DNA of 64,000 nucleotides, from assembly GCA_038259535.1 (NCBI GenBank), contig JBBSOR010000003.1:10946-74945 (forward strand). Reading direction: 5' to 3'. A program made the translations under genes and the position numbers. Positions 20,572-29,941 of the stretch are shown here, piece after piece. The first letter of the stretch is position 1. Every line of letters starts with the position of its first letter. Under the pieces are notes generated by a model that had not been told where the DNA came from, made no database searches, and saw only the letters and a list, made by a program, of their open reading frames with translations. Origin of the DNA: Propionibacteriales bacterium (lineage in GTDB: Bacteria; Actinomycetota; Actinomycetes; Propionibacteriales; Nocardioidaceae).

Positions 20572-21632
20572 GCCGGAACCCCGTTGAACCGGAAGCGGGT
20601 GGTGATCTCGTCGGTCGTGAAGCCCAGGGCAGACGGTCGACGGATGCCGGGCAGCGCCACCACCTCGAAGATCTCGCGCGCAGGACCATCGACCTGGAGC
20701 CACTCGACCACCTCGCCCGAGCGCAGGTCGACGACGAAGATGCCGAGCCGCGGTGGCCAGCCGCGCGACGAGAGCCGGTCGTCCAGGCCCAACCCCGAGT
20801 AGATGTCCCCGTGTCGGGGCTTGGAGGTCCCCACCACGGCGTAGTCGCCGACGAAGCAGAGTCCCCGCGCGAACCCGGGCAGGGCGGCGACGGGCTCGAA
20901 GCGGCCGCGTCCCACGTCGATGCGGCCCAGCTCGCCCGTGCCGGCGTTGGCGACCCACAGCGCGTCGCCGTGCCACCTGGGGGAGTGGGGCATGGACAGG
21001 CCCCGGCAGATGATCTCACCCGATGCGACGTCGATGACCGTGCCGCCGTCGCGTCGATGGGCACGCCACCCCTCCACCTCTGTCGAGGTCGACACGGTCG
21101 TCACGGCGTCCGGGCGGCCGTGGCGCATCGCCAGCCCGTTGAGGTGGCACCGGTCGTTGGGTGCGGGACCGGGGAGGAACCGCGGCCACCACGTCGGCTC
21201 GAAGGAGTGGGTGTCGCTGACCCGCGCGAGGCACCCGAAGCGGGTGTTGACCATGAGCACCCCGCCGTCGTCCTCCACCCCGAGGTCGTGGACGTTGATG
21301 TAGCCGGTGCTCGAGCGTCGCATCGGCACGTAGAGGCGGTCGTGTCCCGCCTCGGTCCGCTCGCCCGGCGACAGCACGTTCTGCAGGCGCCAGATCTCCC
21401 GGCGGGTGCCGACGTGGATCGCGTCGCGGACCGGGTCGTGGGCGATGCCCATGGCCTTGTCGAAGGTCCGCTCGAACACCGCGATGCCCCCGGCGTCGTC
21501 GAGGCCGACGAACATCAGCTTCGCCGGCGGGAGGGCGAAGACGAGCGACGTGTTCGCCGCGTGCAGCCAGGCCTCGAACCCCTCCGACATCCGCAGCGGG
21601 AGCTCGTCGCTTTCTGCCCGCCCATCCGTCAT
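20568..21632 (-). CDS. DUF4915/TIGR03032 family protein
   Basis: FERTFDKAMG, DRLYVP, INVHDL, DRCHLNGLA, LSMPHSPRWH, PGFARGL. Confidence 0.9.
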   Translation of the reverse strand: MTDGRAESDELPLRMSEGFEAWLHAANTSLVFALPPAKLMFVGLDDAGGIAVFERTFDKAMGIAHDPVRDAIHVGTRREIWRLQNVLSPGERTEAGHDRLYVPMRRSSTGYINVHDLGVEDDGGVLMVNTRFGCLARVSDTHSFEPTWWPRFLPGPAPNDRCHLNGLAMRHGRPDAVTTVSTSTEVEGWRAHRRDGGTVIDVASGEIICRGLSMPHSPRWHGDALWVANAGTGELGRIDVGRGRFEPVAALPGFARGLCFVGDYAVVGTSKPRHGDIYSGLGLDDRLSSRGWPPRLGIFVVDLRSGEVVEWLQVDGPAREIFEVVALPGIRRPSALGFTTDEITTRFRFNGVPA

Positions 21633-21711
21633 GGCCGCAACCCTCCCACACCGACCGGGGCCGTCGGGTGGCCTTGGACCGATGCCCGGTGAGGCGCCCG
21701 GCGCCGCGATC

Positions 21712-23850
21712 TCAACGTCGGACGCGGAGGACGAAGCGGCGGACGGTGACTGCGCCTGCCGCGTCCGTGGCCCGCACGGTGACCACGCGCCTGCCCGCCC
21801 TCGTGGGCCGCCCCGAGACGATGATCGTGCCCGACCTGCGCCGCACGAGCCGCAGGCCCGGCAGGGTGCCCGACGTCCGCCAGGTCACCCGACCGGCGGC
21901 TCCCCGGGTCGTGATCCGGGTGCGGTAGCGCCGGTGGAGGTGTCCGACCGGAAGGCGGGCTCGGGTGACGAAACCGAACACCGCGACCGGGCCGACGACG
22001 GGCACCGAGGAGACGGGCACCGAGGAGACAGGCACCGACGAGACGGGCGGCGTTTCGGGGACCGGCACAGTGGCGACCGGCACCGTCGGGACCGGCGCCT
22101 CGGGGACCCTCGACGGATCGACGCTCAGCACGAAGGTCGTCGTCGCGGAGGTCCCGGCGGCATCGGTGACCCGCAGGGTGACGGGGACCGAGCCGTGGGC
22201 CGTCGGCGTCCCGGCCACGGTCGCGGTGTCGGGGTCGAGCCGCAGTCCGGTGGGCAGACCGGTGGCAGCCCAGGCGTACGGCGCGCGACCGCCGCTCGCC
22301 GAGGCGGGGTGGTCGGTGTAGGCGACGCCCACGGTGGCCGGCGCCGGGGTCGACGAGCTGACCCTGAGGTCCGCGCCGCCGGGAACGTCGGTGACCAGGG
22401 AGACGCGGTAGTGGCCCAGCGAGGCGTAGTCGCTGTAGCCACCCGGGGTGGTGGGGTCACCGCTGCCCACCCCGTCGACGACGGCCGTGTAGGTGGCCGC
22501 TGCATCCGGCAGCGTGGTGGTCCACACGGCGTCCATCCCCGTTGCGGCGCCCGGACCGACGCGCACGACGAGCGGGTCCACCGAGGCGACGAGTGCCCCG
22601 GAGGAGTCCAGGATCTGCAGGCCGACGTCCAGGTCGGGGAAACCCGGGCCCGGAGTCACGGTGAGTGCGGTGGAGCCAGCACCGATGAACGTGAACGCGT
22701 CGGTGTCCGTGCGGGTGGCGATCACGCCGTCGAGGGGCGTGGCGGCCAGCGTGGTCGCCCCGGCCGGGGTGTTGGCGTGGTCGTCGGGCAGCACCCCCAG
22801 CCGCGCGGCGATGAGCGCCACGTCGTCCTCAGTGTTGGTGGCCCCGGGATACTCACCGGCCGACCACTGGGTCACGGGCTGGTTGTAGGAGGAGCCCATG
22901 ATCGGGGCCCACGGGGGCGAGCCGGCGTAGTAGGTGGAGCTGGCACCGTCGTGGCGCAGTCCGAGGTTGTGTCCGGCCTCGTGGGCAGCGGCCTCACCGA
23001 GCCTGCGGCCGGAGGTGGACGTGCCCTGGGTGAACACCCACGCGGGCTGGTAGTAGGCGTGGTTGCCGGAGAGGTCGAACACGCCGACGTAGGCGACACC
23101 GCCGCACCGGCAGGCGTCGTAGATCGGGCCGGCTCCAGTGATGAGCACCTGTGTCCCGTACGTCGTGTCGGCGGGACCGCTGCGCTCGATCGCACCGGCG
23201 GCCGGGGGCTTGGTGGTGACGTTGACGTCGAAGGGGGCGTAGTCCTCGGCGACGACCTGCCATGCCTTCTGGATCTCGTTGAGCTCTGCGGAGGTGAAGG
23301 CGGTGTCGGCAGGCGCGGTGATGGAGTAGGGGGCGACCGTGATGCTCGGGGTGGAGTAGCTGGCGTTCCACGCGGTGCCGCTCACCTCTGCCCCGGTGAA
23401 GTCGAGGTAGATCGTCCGGGCAGCACCGGGGTTGGACTCCAGCGTGAAGGTCGCCGCCAGCGACCCGGGCTCGGTGGTCGCGGCCATCGGCGCATCGGCG
23501 GTCCCGCTGCTGCGGGTGCTGTCGCGGTCGGCGGCCTCGACGTGGAAGCGGCGTCCGCAGGTGTCGAGCCACAGCGTCCGATCGGTGCTCACCTCGGCGG
23601 CCAGCTCGCGCACCGGGACGTCGTTCACGGCCGCGGCGGCGGCCAGGTCGTCACTGGAATCGGCCTGCACGTCGGACCCGCGGGTGGCCCGGTCAAGGAG
23701 CGGCACCCGGCACCCGGCACCCACTGCGGCGGACGCGTCCACGCGCGCGGCGTTGTCACTGGCTCCGGCGGGCGCGGGCACGAAGGCGACACTCACCGCG
23801 GTCCACGCCACGAGGGCACGGGTCAGTCGAGGCGACGCGACGGCAGGCAC
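21712..23850 (-). CDS. Secreted metzincin-like zinc metalloprotease with C-terminal putative Ig domains
   Basis: Signal peptide; VAEDYAPFDVNVTT; HEAGHNLGLRH (HExxHxxGxxH); Met-turn PIMG; LPTGLRLDPDTATVAGTP Ig-like repeat; Pro/Val/Ser linker. Confidence 0.85.
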   Translation of the reverse strand: MPAVASPRLTRALVAWTAVSVAFVPAPAGASDNAARVDASAAVGAGCRVPLLDRATRGSDVQADSSDDLAAAAAVNDVPVRELAAEVSTDRTLWLDTCGRRFHVEAADRDSTRSSGTADAPMAATTEPGSLAATFTLESNPGAARTIYLDFTGAEVSGTAWNASYSTPSITVAPYSITAPADTAFTSAELNEIQKAWQVVAEDYAPFDVNVTTKPPAAGAIERSGPADTTYGTQVLITGAGPIYDACRCGGVAYVGVFDLSGNHAYYQPAWVFTQGTSTSGRRLGEAAAHEAGHNLGLRHDGASSTYYAGSPPWAPIMGSSYNQPVTQWSAGEYPGATNTEDDVALIAARLGVLPDDHANTPAGATTLAATPLDGVIATRTDTDAFTFIGAGSTALTVTPGPGFPDLDVGLQILDSSGALVASVDPLVVRVGPGAATGMDAVWTTTLPDAAATYTAVVDGVGSGDPTTPGGYSDYASLGHYRVSLVTDVPGGADLRVSSSTPAPATVGVAYTDHPASASGGRAPYAWAATGLPTGLRLDPDTATVAGTPTAHGSVPVTLRVTDAAGTSATTTFVLSVDPSRVPEAPVPTVPVATVPVPETPPVSSVPVSSVPVSSVPVVGPVAVFGFVTRARLPVGHLHRRYRTRITTRGAAGRVTWRTSGTLPGLRLVRRRSGTIIVSGRPTRAGRRVVTVRATDAAGAVTVRRFVLRVRR

Positions 23851-23931
23851 AGGCGGAGTCCGTATCGGTGGGAGGGCACCGCGATCGTAGGCGTGGCGGC
23901 CGGGGGCGGCAGCCGTTTCGCGACATCCGCC

Positions 23932-25506
23932 TCAGAGGTCGGCGAGCACGGCCTGGGCGGCGTTGTGCCCCCCCAGCCCGGAGACCGCGCCGCCGCGCCG
24001 GGCCCCCGACCCGCACAGGAGCACGGAGTCGTGCCCGGTCTGCACCCCCCACTGCTGGGCGGGGGTGTCGAGGCGGGCCCGGTTGGGCGCCCACGGCCAC
24101 TCGAGGTCACCGTGGAAGATGTGGCCGCCGGGCATCGCGAGGTCCTTCTCGATGTCCTGGGGGATCTTCGCCTCGATGCAGGGCCTGCCGTCGGCGTCGG
24201 TGGCGAGGCAGTCCTCGATGGGCTCGGCGAGGACGGCGTTGAGCGAGGCGAGCGCGCGCTGGGTCGCGACCTCGCGGGCGCGGGGGTCGGCGTCGAAGAG
24301 GCCGGCGGGGGTGTGCAGGCCGAAGTAGGTCAGCGTGTGCGCCGAGCCGGCGCGCTCGCCCAGGATCGTCGGGTCGCTGAGGCTGTGGCAGTAGACCTCG
24401 CCGGGCATCGGGTCCGGCACCGCGCCGCGGGCAGCAGCGGCGTACGCCGTCTCCAGGTCGGTGTAGTCCTCGGCGAGGTGGAGGGTGCCGGCGAACGCGA
24501 CCTCGGGATCGGCGCCGGACTTGAGCGCCGGCAGCCGGTCGAGCAGGAAGTTGATCTTGAGCTGGGAGCCGGCCGGCTTGCTCTCGGTGTCCTCGCCCTC
24601 ACCGAGCAGGATCCGCAGCACCCAGGGGGCCACCCCCGACAGCACGCGCCGACCGGTCACGGAGTGCTCGTGGGTGCCGTCGTGCCAGATGACCTCGGCG
24701 CCGTCGGGGCCGGGGGAGATGGCGCTGACGCCGGCCCCGGTGCGGATCTCGGCGCCGGCCTCGACCGCGGCCCTGGCGAGGGCGTCGGTGACCGCCCCCA
24801 TCCCCCCGACCGGCACCCGCCACTCACCGGTGCCGTTGCCGATCAGGTGGTAGAGGAAGCAGCGGTTCTGGATCAGCGAGGGGTCGTCCATGGATGCGAA
24901 GGTCCCGATCAGCGCGTCGGTTGCGACCACGCCACGCACCGTGTCGTCGGTGAAGCGCGACACGATCGTGCGTCCGAGCGGCTCGGTCACGACGTCGGTC
25001 CAGGTGCGCTCGTCCACCAGGGCCCGCAGCTCACGCTCGAGGGGGAGCGGCTGCATGAGGGTCGGTGCCACGACCTCGGCGAGCCGACCGACCTCGGCGT
25101 AGAAGGCCTGCCAGGCGGTGTACTCCTCCTCGCCCCCGGTGAGGTCGCGGAACGACGCCCGCGTCGTCTCACCCTCGGGCCGCTCGACGAGCAGCCCGCC
25201 GGAGCGCGCGCCCCGCGTCCAGGGCGTGTACGACGCGGTGGTGCGTGAGGCGAAGCGGACGTCGAGGGACAGGTCGGCCATCAGCCGCTCCGGCATCAGG
25301 CTCACCAGGTAGGAGTAGCGCGAGAGCCGGGCCGGGTGTCCGGCGAAGGGCTCGACGGAGACGGCGGCGCCGCCGGTGTGGCCCAGGCGCTCGAGCACGA
25401 GGACCGACAGGCCGGCTCGCGCGAGGTAGGCGGCGCTGACCAGCGCGTTGTGGCCGCCGCCGACCACGACGACGTCATAGGAGCTCTTGTCGGTGCCGGA
25501 ATTCAC
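23932..25506 (-). CDS. Phytoene dehydrogenase-like FAD-dependent oxidoreductase
   Basis: VVVGGGHNAL, SRYSYLVSL, PVGGMG, GGHIFHG, GGAVSGLGGHNAA. Confidence 0.88.
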   Translation of the reverse strand: MNSGTDKSSYDVVVVGGGHNALVSAAYLARAGLSVLVLERLGHTGGAAVSVEPFAGHPARLSRYSYLVSLMPERLMADLSLDVRFASRTTASYTPWTRGARSGGLLVERPEGETTRASFRDLTGGEEEYTAWQAFYAEVGRLAEVVAPTLMQPLPLERELRALVDERTWTDVVTEPLGRTIVSRFTDDTVRGVVATDALIGTFASMDDPSLIQNRCFLYHLIGNGTGEWRVPVGGMGAVTDALARAAVEAGAEIRTGAGVSAISPGPDGAEVIWHDGTHEHSVTGRRVLSGVAPWVLRILLGEGEDTESKPAGSQLKINFLLDRLPALKSGADPEVAFAGTLHLAEDYTDLETAYAAAARGAVPDPMPGEVYCHSLSDPTILGERAGSAHTLTYFGLHTPAGLFDADPRAREVATQRALASLNAVLAEPIEDCLATDADGRPCIEAKIPQDIEKDLAMPGGHIFHGDLEWPWAPNRARLDTPAQQWGVQTGHDSVLLCGSGARRGGAVSGLGGHNAAQAVLADL

Positions 25507-25555
25507 CGGCCCAACGTAGACCCTCGGTCGGTGCCGTCCCGGCACGGCACCGAGG

Positions 25556-26620
25556 TCAGCCTGTGAACGTGTCGTTGGGCACGACGACGGCGCGACCGGT
25601 GACCCGGCCGTGCGCGAGGTCGTCGTAGGCCGCGACAGCGTCTTGGAGCGGGTAGAGGGTCGTGGTCGCGTGCAGCAGCCCCCGGCTGGCGAGGTCGAGC
25701 ACTGCGACGAGCTCGCTCCGGTTGCCCCAGTAGGTGGTCTGGACGCTGGTCTCGTAGGGGAGGCCGAGGAAGGAGACCGGCAGCGTGCCGCCCGCGATCC
25801 CGACCAGGGTGATGTCGCCCAGCTGACGCACGCACGCGGCCGCCGTGGCCAGCGTCTCGTCGGAGCCGACGAAGTCGAGCACCACGTCGGCACCCCGACC
25901 GCCGGTGGCCTCCCGGATGCGGGTGGCGGTCTCCGGTCCCGGCTCCAGCGCGAGGTCGGCGCCGTGCTCGGTGGCCTGGTCCCGGGCGCCCTCGCGGCCG
26001 TCGACCGCGATCACGCGTGCGGCGGTGATCGCCTTGAGCACCTGCACCCCGAGGTGGCCGAGGCCGCCCACGCCGATCACCACGGCAGTCGATCCGGGGG
26101 TCAGCTTGCCCAGCGAGCGTCGTACGGCGTGGTAGGGCGTCAGCGCGGCGTCGGTCAGCGGCGCGGCGTCGACGACCTCGAGCCCGTCGGGGATCGGCAC
26201 GAGGTGCCGCGCGGCCGGGACCACCATGAACTCCGCCATCCCTCCGTCGAGGCCCAGGCCCCCGCCCCCGCCCGGCACCGGCGCGAGGTCGGGCCGCTCA
26301 CAGTAGGTCTCCAGCCCGTCGAGGCAGCGCTCGCAGGCGCCACAGCCCCAGGCGCCGACCACGGCCACGGCCTGGCCGACGACCAGCCCGCTCACGCCCT
26401 GGCCGAGGGTGTGGACCCAGCCGGCGTTCTCGTGGCCGAGGGTGAACGGCGGGTTCCACGGCAGGGTGCCCGGCTCGAACTCGTGCATCAGGTGCAGGTC
26501 CGAGTGGCAGGCCCCCGACGCCCCCACCTGGATCAGCACCTCGCCCGGTCCGGGGACGGGGACGGGAACGTCCTCGAGCACCGGCTCGCTCCGCCATCCG
26601 GTCAATCGCAGTGCACGCAT
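25556..26620 (-). CDS. Zn-dependent NAD(P) alcohol dehydrogenase
   Basis: GACHSD, LGHENAG, CGACERC, IGVGGLG; SD GAGGAGG. Confidence 0.92.
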   Translation of the reverse strand: MRALRLTGWRSEPVLEDVPVPVPGPGEVLIQVGASGACHSDLHLMHEFEPGTLPWNPPFTLGHENAGWVHTLGQGVSGLVVGQAVAVVGAWGCGACERCLDGLETYCERPDLAPVPGGGGGLGLDGGMAEFMVVPAARHLVPIPDGLEVVDAAPLTDAALTPYHAVRRSLGKLTPGSTAVVIGVGGLGHLGVQVLKAITAARVIAVDGREGARDQATEHGADLALEPGPETATRIREATGGRGADVVLDFVGSDETLATAAACVRQLGDITLVGIAGGTLPVSFLGLPYETSVQTTYWGNRSELVAVLDLASRGLLHATTTLYPLQDAVAAYDDLAHGRVTGRAVVVPNDTFTG

Positions 26621-26674
26621 GGTCGACCTCCTCAGGTTCACCTCCACCCTCCTCGGTGCCAGGGCAGGGCAGCA

Positions 26675-26710
26675 GGGTCCTTCGCCGCGAGGTGTCGGGC
26701 CCAAGGACCC
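26675..26710. promoter_or_regulatory. Two DevR/DosR-like boxes 22 bp apart
   Basis: GGGTCCTTCGCCGC (26675-26688) and GGGCCCAAGGACCC (26697-26710) resemble the core GGGACTWWAGTCCC; located between divergent ADH and USP genes. Confidence 0.55.
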
Positions 26711-26771
26711 TTCGTGCCGTGGGCCGGGCAGCGGACAGTGGAGGTGTCGGACCCAGCCAGAGGAGAGCACC

Positions 26772-27692
26772 ATGACCGAGCAGCCAGCAGTCCCGAGCAC
26801 CGAGAGCACGTCCCACGGGCGACCGATCCTCGTCGGAGTCGGTCCGGAGGCGGTCGACGCGGCGCTGGAGTTCGCTGCCGCGGAGGCGATCCGGGCCGGG
26901 TGCGGGCTGCACCTCGTGCATGCGGTGCACGTGGTGCCCGCCGGGCCCGAGAACATCCTGCTCACCGCCGTCGACATCGACGCCTGGGGACGCGAGATCC
27001 TCGCGTCGGCCGTCAAGCGGGCCGAGGACCTGGTCGACGGAGCGGTGCCGGTCACCAACGAGCTCCGGCGCGGGACCGCCGTGCAGGTGCTGGTCGAGGC
27101 GGGACTGACGGCGCGGATGGTGGTGCTCGAGCACCGCCACCTGTCCCGCCTGGAGCGGGTCGTCAACCGGACCGTCGCCGGCGGCGTGGCGGCGCACCTG
27201 CGAGTGCCCGTCGTCGCCGTCCCCAGTGGCTGGGTCCGCCCCACCGGGGAGCCGGTCGTCGTGGCCGGCGTGGACGTCCCGGAGCGGTCGGCAGAGGTCC
27301 TGTCCGCCGCGGCGGCCGAGGCCCGCGCGCGCGGTGCCGCCCTCCGAATCGTGCACTCCTGGGGGATGCCGGTGCACGAGGGCGTGATGATCGAGCCGAG
27401 TCAGCACCAGCCCTGGGCCGACCGGTCCCGCGCCGAGGTGCGCGCCGCGCTCGACGCACTGGGCGACGAGTCAGTGGCGATCGAGGCGGACGTGGTCGTC
27501 CACCCCGGGCGCGCCATCGAGGCGATCCTCGACGCGTGCGACGGCGCCGAGCTGCTCGTGATCGGGCGACACGACCCGCTGATCCCCGTCGGGTCGCACA
27601 TCGGCCCGGTGGCCCGGGCGGTGCTCCGCGAGGCCGCCTGTCCGGTGCTCCTGGCGAGCCCGCACGCCCACCGGGCGGCGTACCACGCCTGA
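26772..27692 (+). CDS. Universal stress protein (tandem USP domains)
   Basis: PILVGV, VVAGVD, LLVIGR...GSHIGPVARAVL...CPV; SD AGGAG. Confidence 0.9.
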   Translation: MTEQPAVPSTESTSHGRPILVGVGPEAVDAALEFAAAEAIRAGCGLHLVHAVHVVPAGPENILLTAVDIDAWGREILASAVKRAEDLVDGAVPVTNELRRGTAVQVLVEAGLTARMVVLEHRHLSRLERVVNRTVAGGVAAHLRVPVVAVPSGWVRPTGEPVVVAGVDVPERSAEVLSAAAAEARARGAALRIVHSWGMPVHEGVMIEPSQHQPWADRSRAEVRAALDALGDESVAIEADVVVHPGRAIEAILDACDGAELLVIGRHDPLIPVGSHIGPVARAVLREAACPVLLASPHAHRAAYHA

Positions 27693-27697
27693 GCGGA

Positions 27698-29212
27698 TCA
27701 GTGCGAGGGAAGTGAGCCGGACAGCAGCTCGTGGCGCTCGGCGCTGGCGGCGTTGAGCCCGACGATCTCCACGGTCTTGCCCTTGCGGGCGTACTTGGTG
27801 GTGATCGCGTCGAGCGAGGCGACCGTGGAGGCGTCCCAGATGTGCGACTGGGTGAGGTCGATGACCACGTCCTGCGGGTCGTCCGCATAGTCGAACTGGG
27901 TGTAGAGGTCGTTGCTGGACGCGAAGAAGAGCTCACCGGTCACGTGGTAGACCGCGGTCGGCGTGCCGTTGCGGTCCGTGACGAGCTCGCGCCGAGTCTC
28001 GGTCAGGTGCGCGACGCGCCGCGCGAACAGCGTCATCGCGACGAGCACGCCCACGACGACCCCGATGGCGAGGTTGTGGCTGACCACGGTGACGACGACG
28101 GTGGAGGCCATCACGGTGGTCTCCGACCTCGGCATCCGGCGCAGCGTGGCGGGCTGGATCGAGTGCCAGTCGAAGGTGCCGACCGAGACCATGATCATGA
28201 CGGCGACGAGGGCCGCCATCGGGATGAGGGCGACCACGTCGCCGAAGCCGACCACCAGGATCAGCAGGAAGACGCCGGCCAGGAAGGTGGAGATCCGGGT
28301 GCGGGCCCCGGAGGCCTTCACGTTGATCATCGTCTGGCCGATCATCGCGCAGCCACCCATGCCGCCGAAGAATCCGGTGATCACGTTGGCGGCACCCTGG
28401 CCCCAGGCCTCGCGGGTCTTGTCGCTGTGGGTGTCGGTGATGTCGTCGACGAGCTTGGCGGTCAGCAGCGACTCGAGCAGGCCCACGAGCGCCATGGCGA
28501 GGGCGTAGGGCGCGATGATCTTCAGCGTCTCGAGGGTCCACGGCACGTCGGGGAGGAACAGGGAGGGGAGGCTGTCGGGCAGCTCGCCCTCGTCGCCGAC
28601 CGTCGGGACGGTGATGGCCGCCAGCAGCGTGAACGCGGTGAGGGCGACGATCGCGACCAGGGGAGCCGGCACGACGTTGGAGATGCGCGGCAGGCCGACG
28701 ATGACGGCGATGCCGACGGCGATCATCGGGTAGACCAGCCAGGGCACGTCGACCAGGTGCGGAACCTGAGCGAGGAAGATGAGGATGGCCAGGGCGTTGA
28801 CGAAGCCCACCATCACCGACCGCGGGATGAACCGCATCAGTCGGGCCACCCCGACGAGGCCGAGCACGACCTGGATCACCCCGCCGAGCAGCACGGTGGC
28901 GATGAGGAAGTCCAGGCCGTGCTCGCGGACCACCGGCGCGATCACGAGCGCGATGGCACCGGTCGCGGCCGAGATCATCGCGGGGCGACCACCGAGGAAG
29001 GAGATCGACACCGCCATCGTGAAGGAGGCGAACAGGCCGACCCGCGGGTCGACCCCGGCGATGATCGAGAACGAGATCGCCTCAGGGATCAGCGCCAGTG
29101 CCACGACGAGGCCGGCGAGCACCTCGGTGCGCAGCATCCGCGGCGAGCGCAGCGCGTTGCGGACGGTGGGCTCGAGCACGGGCGGCGAGGCGGGGGAGAC
29201 AGTCGGGGGCAC
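27698..29212 (-). CDS. SulP family anion transporter with STAS domain
   Basis: LALIPEAISF, GGRPAMISAATGA, GGCAMIGQT, GELFFAS; start position uncertain. Confidence 0.9.
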   Translation of the reverse strand: MPPTVSPASPPVLEPTVRNALRSPRMLRTEVLAGLVVALALIPEAISFSIIAGVDPRVGLFASFTMAVSISFLGGRPAMISAATGAIALVIAPVVREHGLDFLIATVLLGGVIQVVLGLVGVARLMRFIPRSVMVGFVNALAILIFLAQVPHLVDVPWLVYPMIAVGIAVIVGLPRISNVVPAPLVAIVALTAFTLLAAITVPTVGDEGELPDSLPSLFLPDVPWTLETLKIIAPYALAMALVGLLESLLTAKLVDDITDTHSDKTREAWGQGAANVITGFFGGMGGCAMIGQTMINVKASGARTRISTFLAGVFLLILVVGFGDVVALIPMAALVAVMIMVSVGTFDWHSIQPATLRRMPRSETTVMASTVVVTVVSHNLAIGVVVGVLVAMTLFARRVAHLTETRRELVTDRNGTPTAVYHVTGELFFASSNDLYTQFDYADDPQDVVIDLTQSHIWDASTVASLDAITTKYARKGKTVEIVGLNAASAERHELLSGSLPSH

Positions 29213-29220
29213 GGGCAGGA

Positions 29221-29246
29221 ACTCTAACCTCACGTAAGGGTAGAGT
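29221..29246. promoter_or_regulatory. MerR-family operator dyad
   Basis: ACTCTAACCT-CACGTA-AGGGTAGAGT (9/10 inverted repeat) between SulP and merR. Confidence 0.7.
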
Positions 29247-29278
29247 TTGAATCCGTACGAACGACGAGAGGACCGCGC

Positions 29279-29680
29279 GTGGACGGCACCACCCAGGCCG
29301 GGGCGATCATGCACATCGGTGAGGTCGCCGCGCGCACCGGTCTCTCGCTGCGCAGTCTGCGGCACTGGGAGGAGGTCGGCCTCCTCCAGCCGTCGGGACG
29401 CACGGACGGCGGCTTCCGGCTCTACACCGACGCGGACGTGGAGAAGATCTTCGTGATCCGCCGGATGAAGCCTCTCGGGTTCAGCCTGGACCAGATGAAG
29501 GACGTCATGCGTGACCTCGAGGCGCTCGAGATCCCGGGGTCCACGGCGGCGGACCGCGTCGCCGTACGCACACGGCTGGACGCGATCCGCGCCGAGGCGA
29601 CCGAGCGCCGGGTGGCCCTCGTGCGTCAGCTCGACATGGCCGACGAGTTCATCGCCCTCATCGAGGCCCGCTCCGACTAG
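29279..29680 (+). CDS. MerR family transcriptional regulator
   Basis: MHIGEVAARTGLSLRSLRHWEEVGLL...GGFRLY; start may be ATG at 29309. Confidence 0.92.
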   Translation: MDGTTQAGAIMHIGEVAARTGLSLRSLRHWEEVGLLQPSGRTDGGFRLYTDADVEKIFVIRRMKPLGFSLDQMKDVMRDLEALEIPGSTAADRVAVRTRLDAIRAEATERRVALVRQLDMADEFIALIEARSD

Positions 29681-29693
29681 AGCCTCGACCGCC

Positions 29694-29876
29694 TCAGCGG
29701 CCGAAGAGCTTGGACAGGAACCCGCCGCCGGCGCCGGCCGCGGCCTTCTCGGCCGGGGAGTGCTGGCCGTTGCACCACTCCTTCGCGGGGACGCCGGCCT
29801 TGACCTGGCCGACGTGCTGGCCGCAGCCGGCCCAGGTGGTCTTGCTGCAGGTCTTGCATCGGACTGCTCGGCACAT
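29694..29876 (-). CDS. 60-aa Cys-rich hypothetical protein
   Basis: MCRAVRCKTCSKTTWAGCGQHV...WCNGQH...GGFLSKLFGR; SD GGAG. Confidence 0.75.
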   Translation of the reverse strand: MCRAVRCKTCSKTTWAGCGQHVGQVKAGVPAKEWCNGQHSPAEKAAAGAGGGFLSKLFGR

Positions 29877-29941
29877 GGGGGTGCTCCGTTCTGGGTGGGT
29901 GAGGAGGGTGGTGCGGGTTCGGTGTGGGTCGGGGGACGGGC

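Noticed and set aside
21995-22095. 15-bp repeats GACGGGCACCGAGGA
   Set aside because: They encode a PVSSV/PVATV low-complexity linker inside the protease, not an independent element
21406-25248. Very long alternative-frame ORFs (for example 1280 aa at 21406-25248, the N-terminal part of 46517-51226, and 52481-55174)
   Set aside because: Antisense or off-frame shadows of real genes, expected in high-GC DNA; no recognisable motifs
23932-25506. Carotenoid biosynthesis (crtI)
   Set aside because: No crtB or crtE nearby; it belongs to the broad phytoene dehydrogenase-like family of unknown substrate
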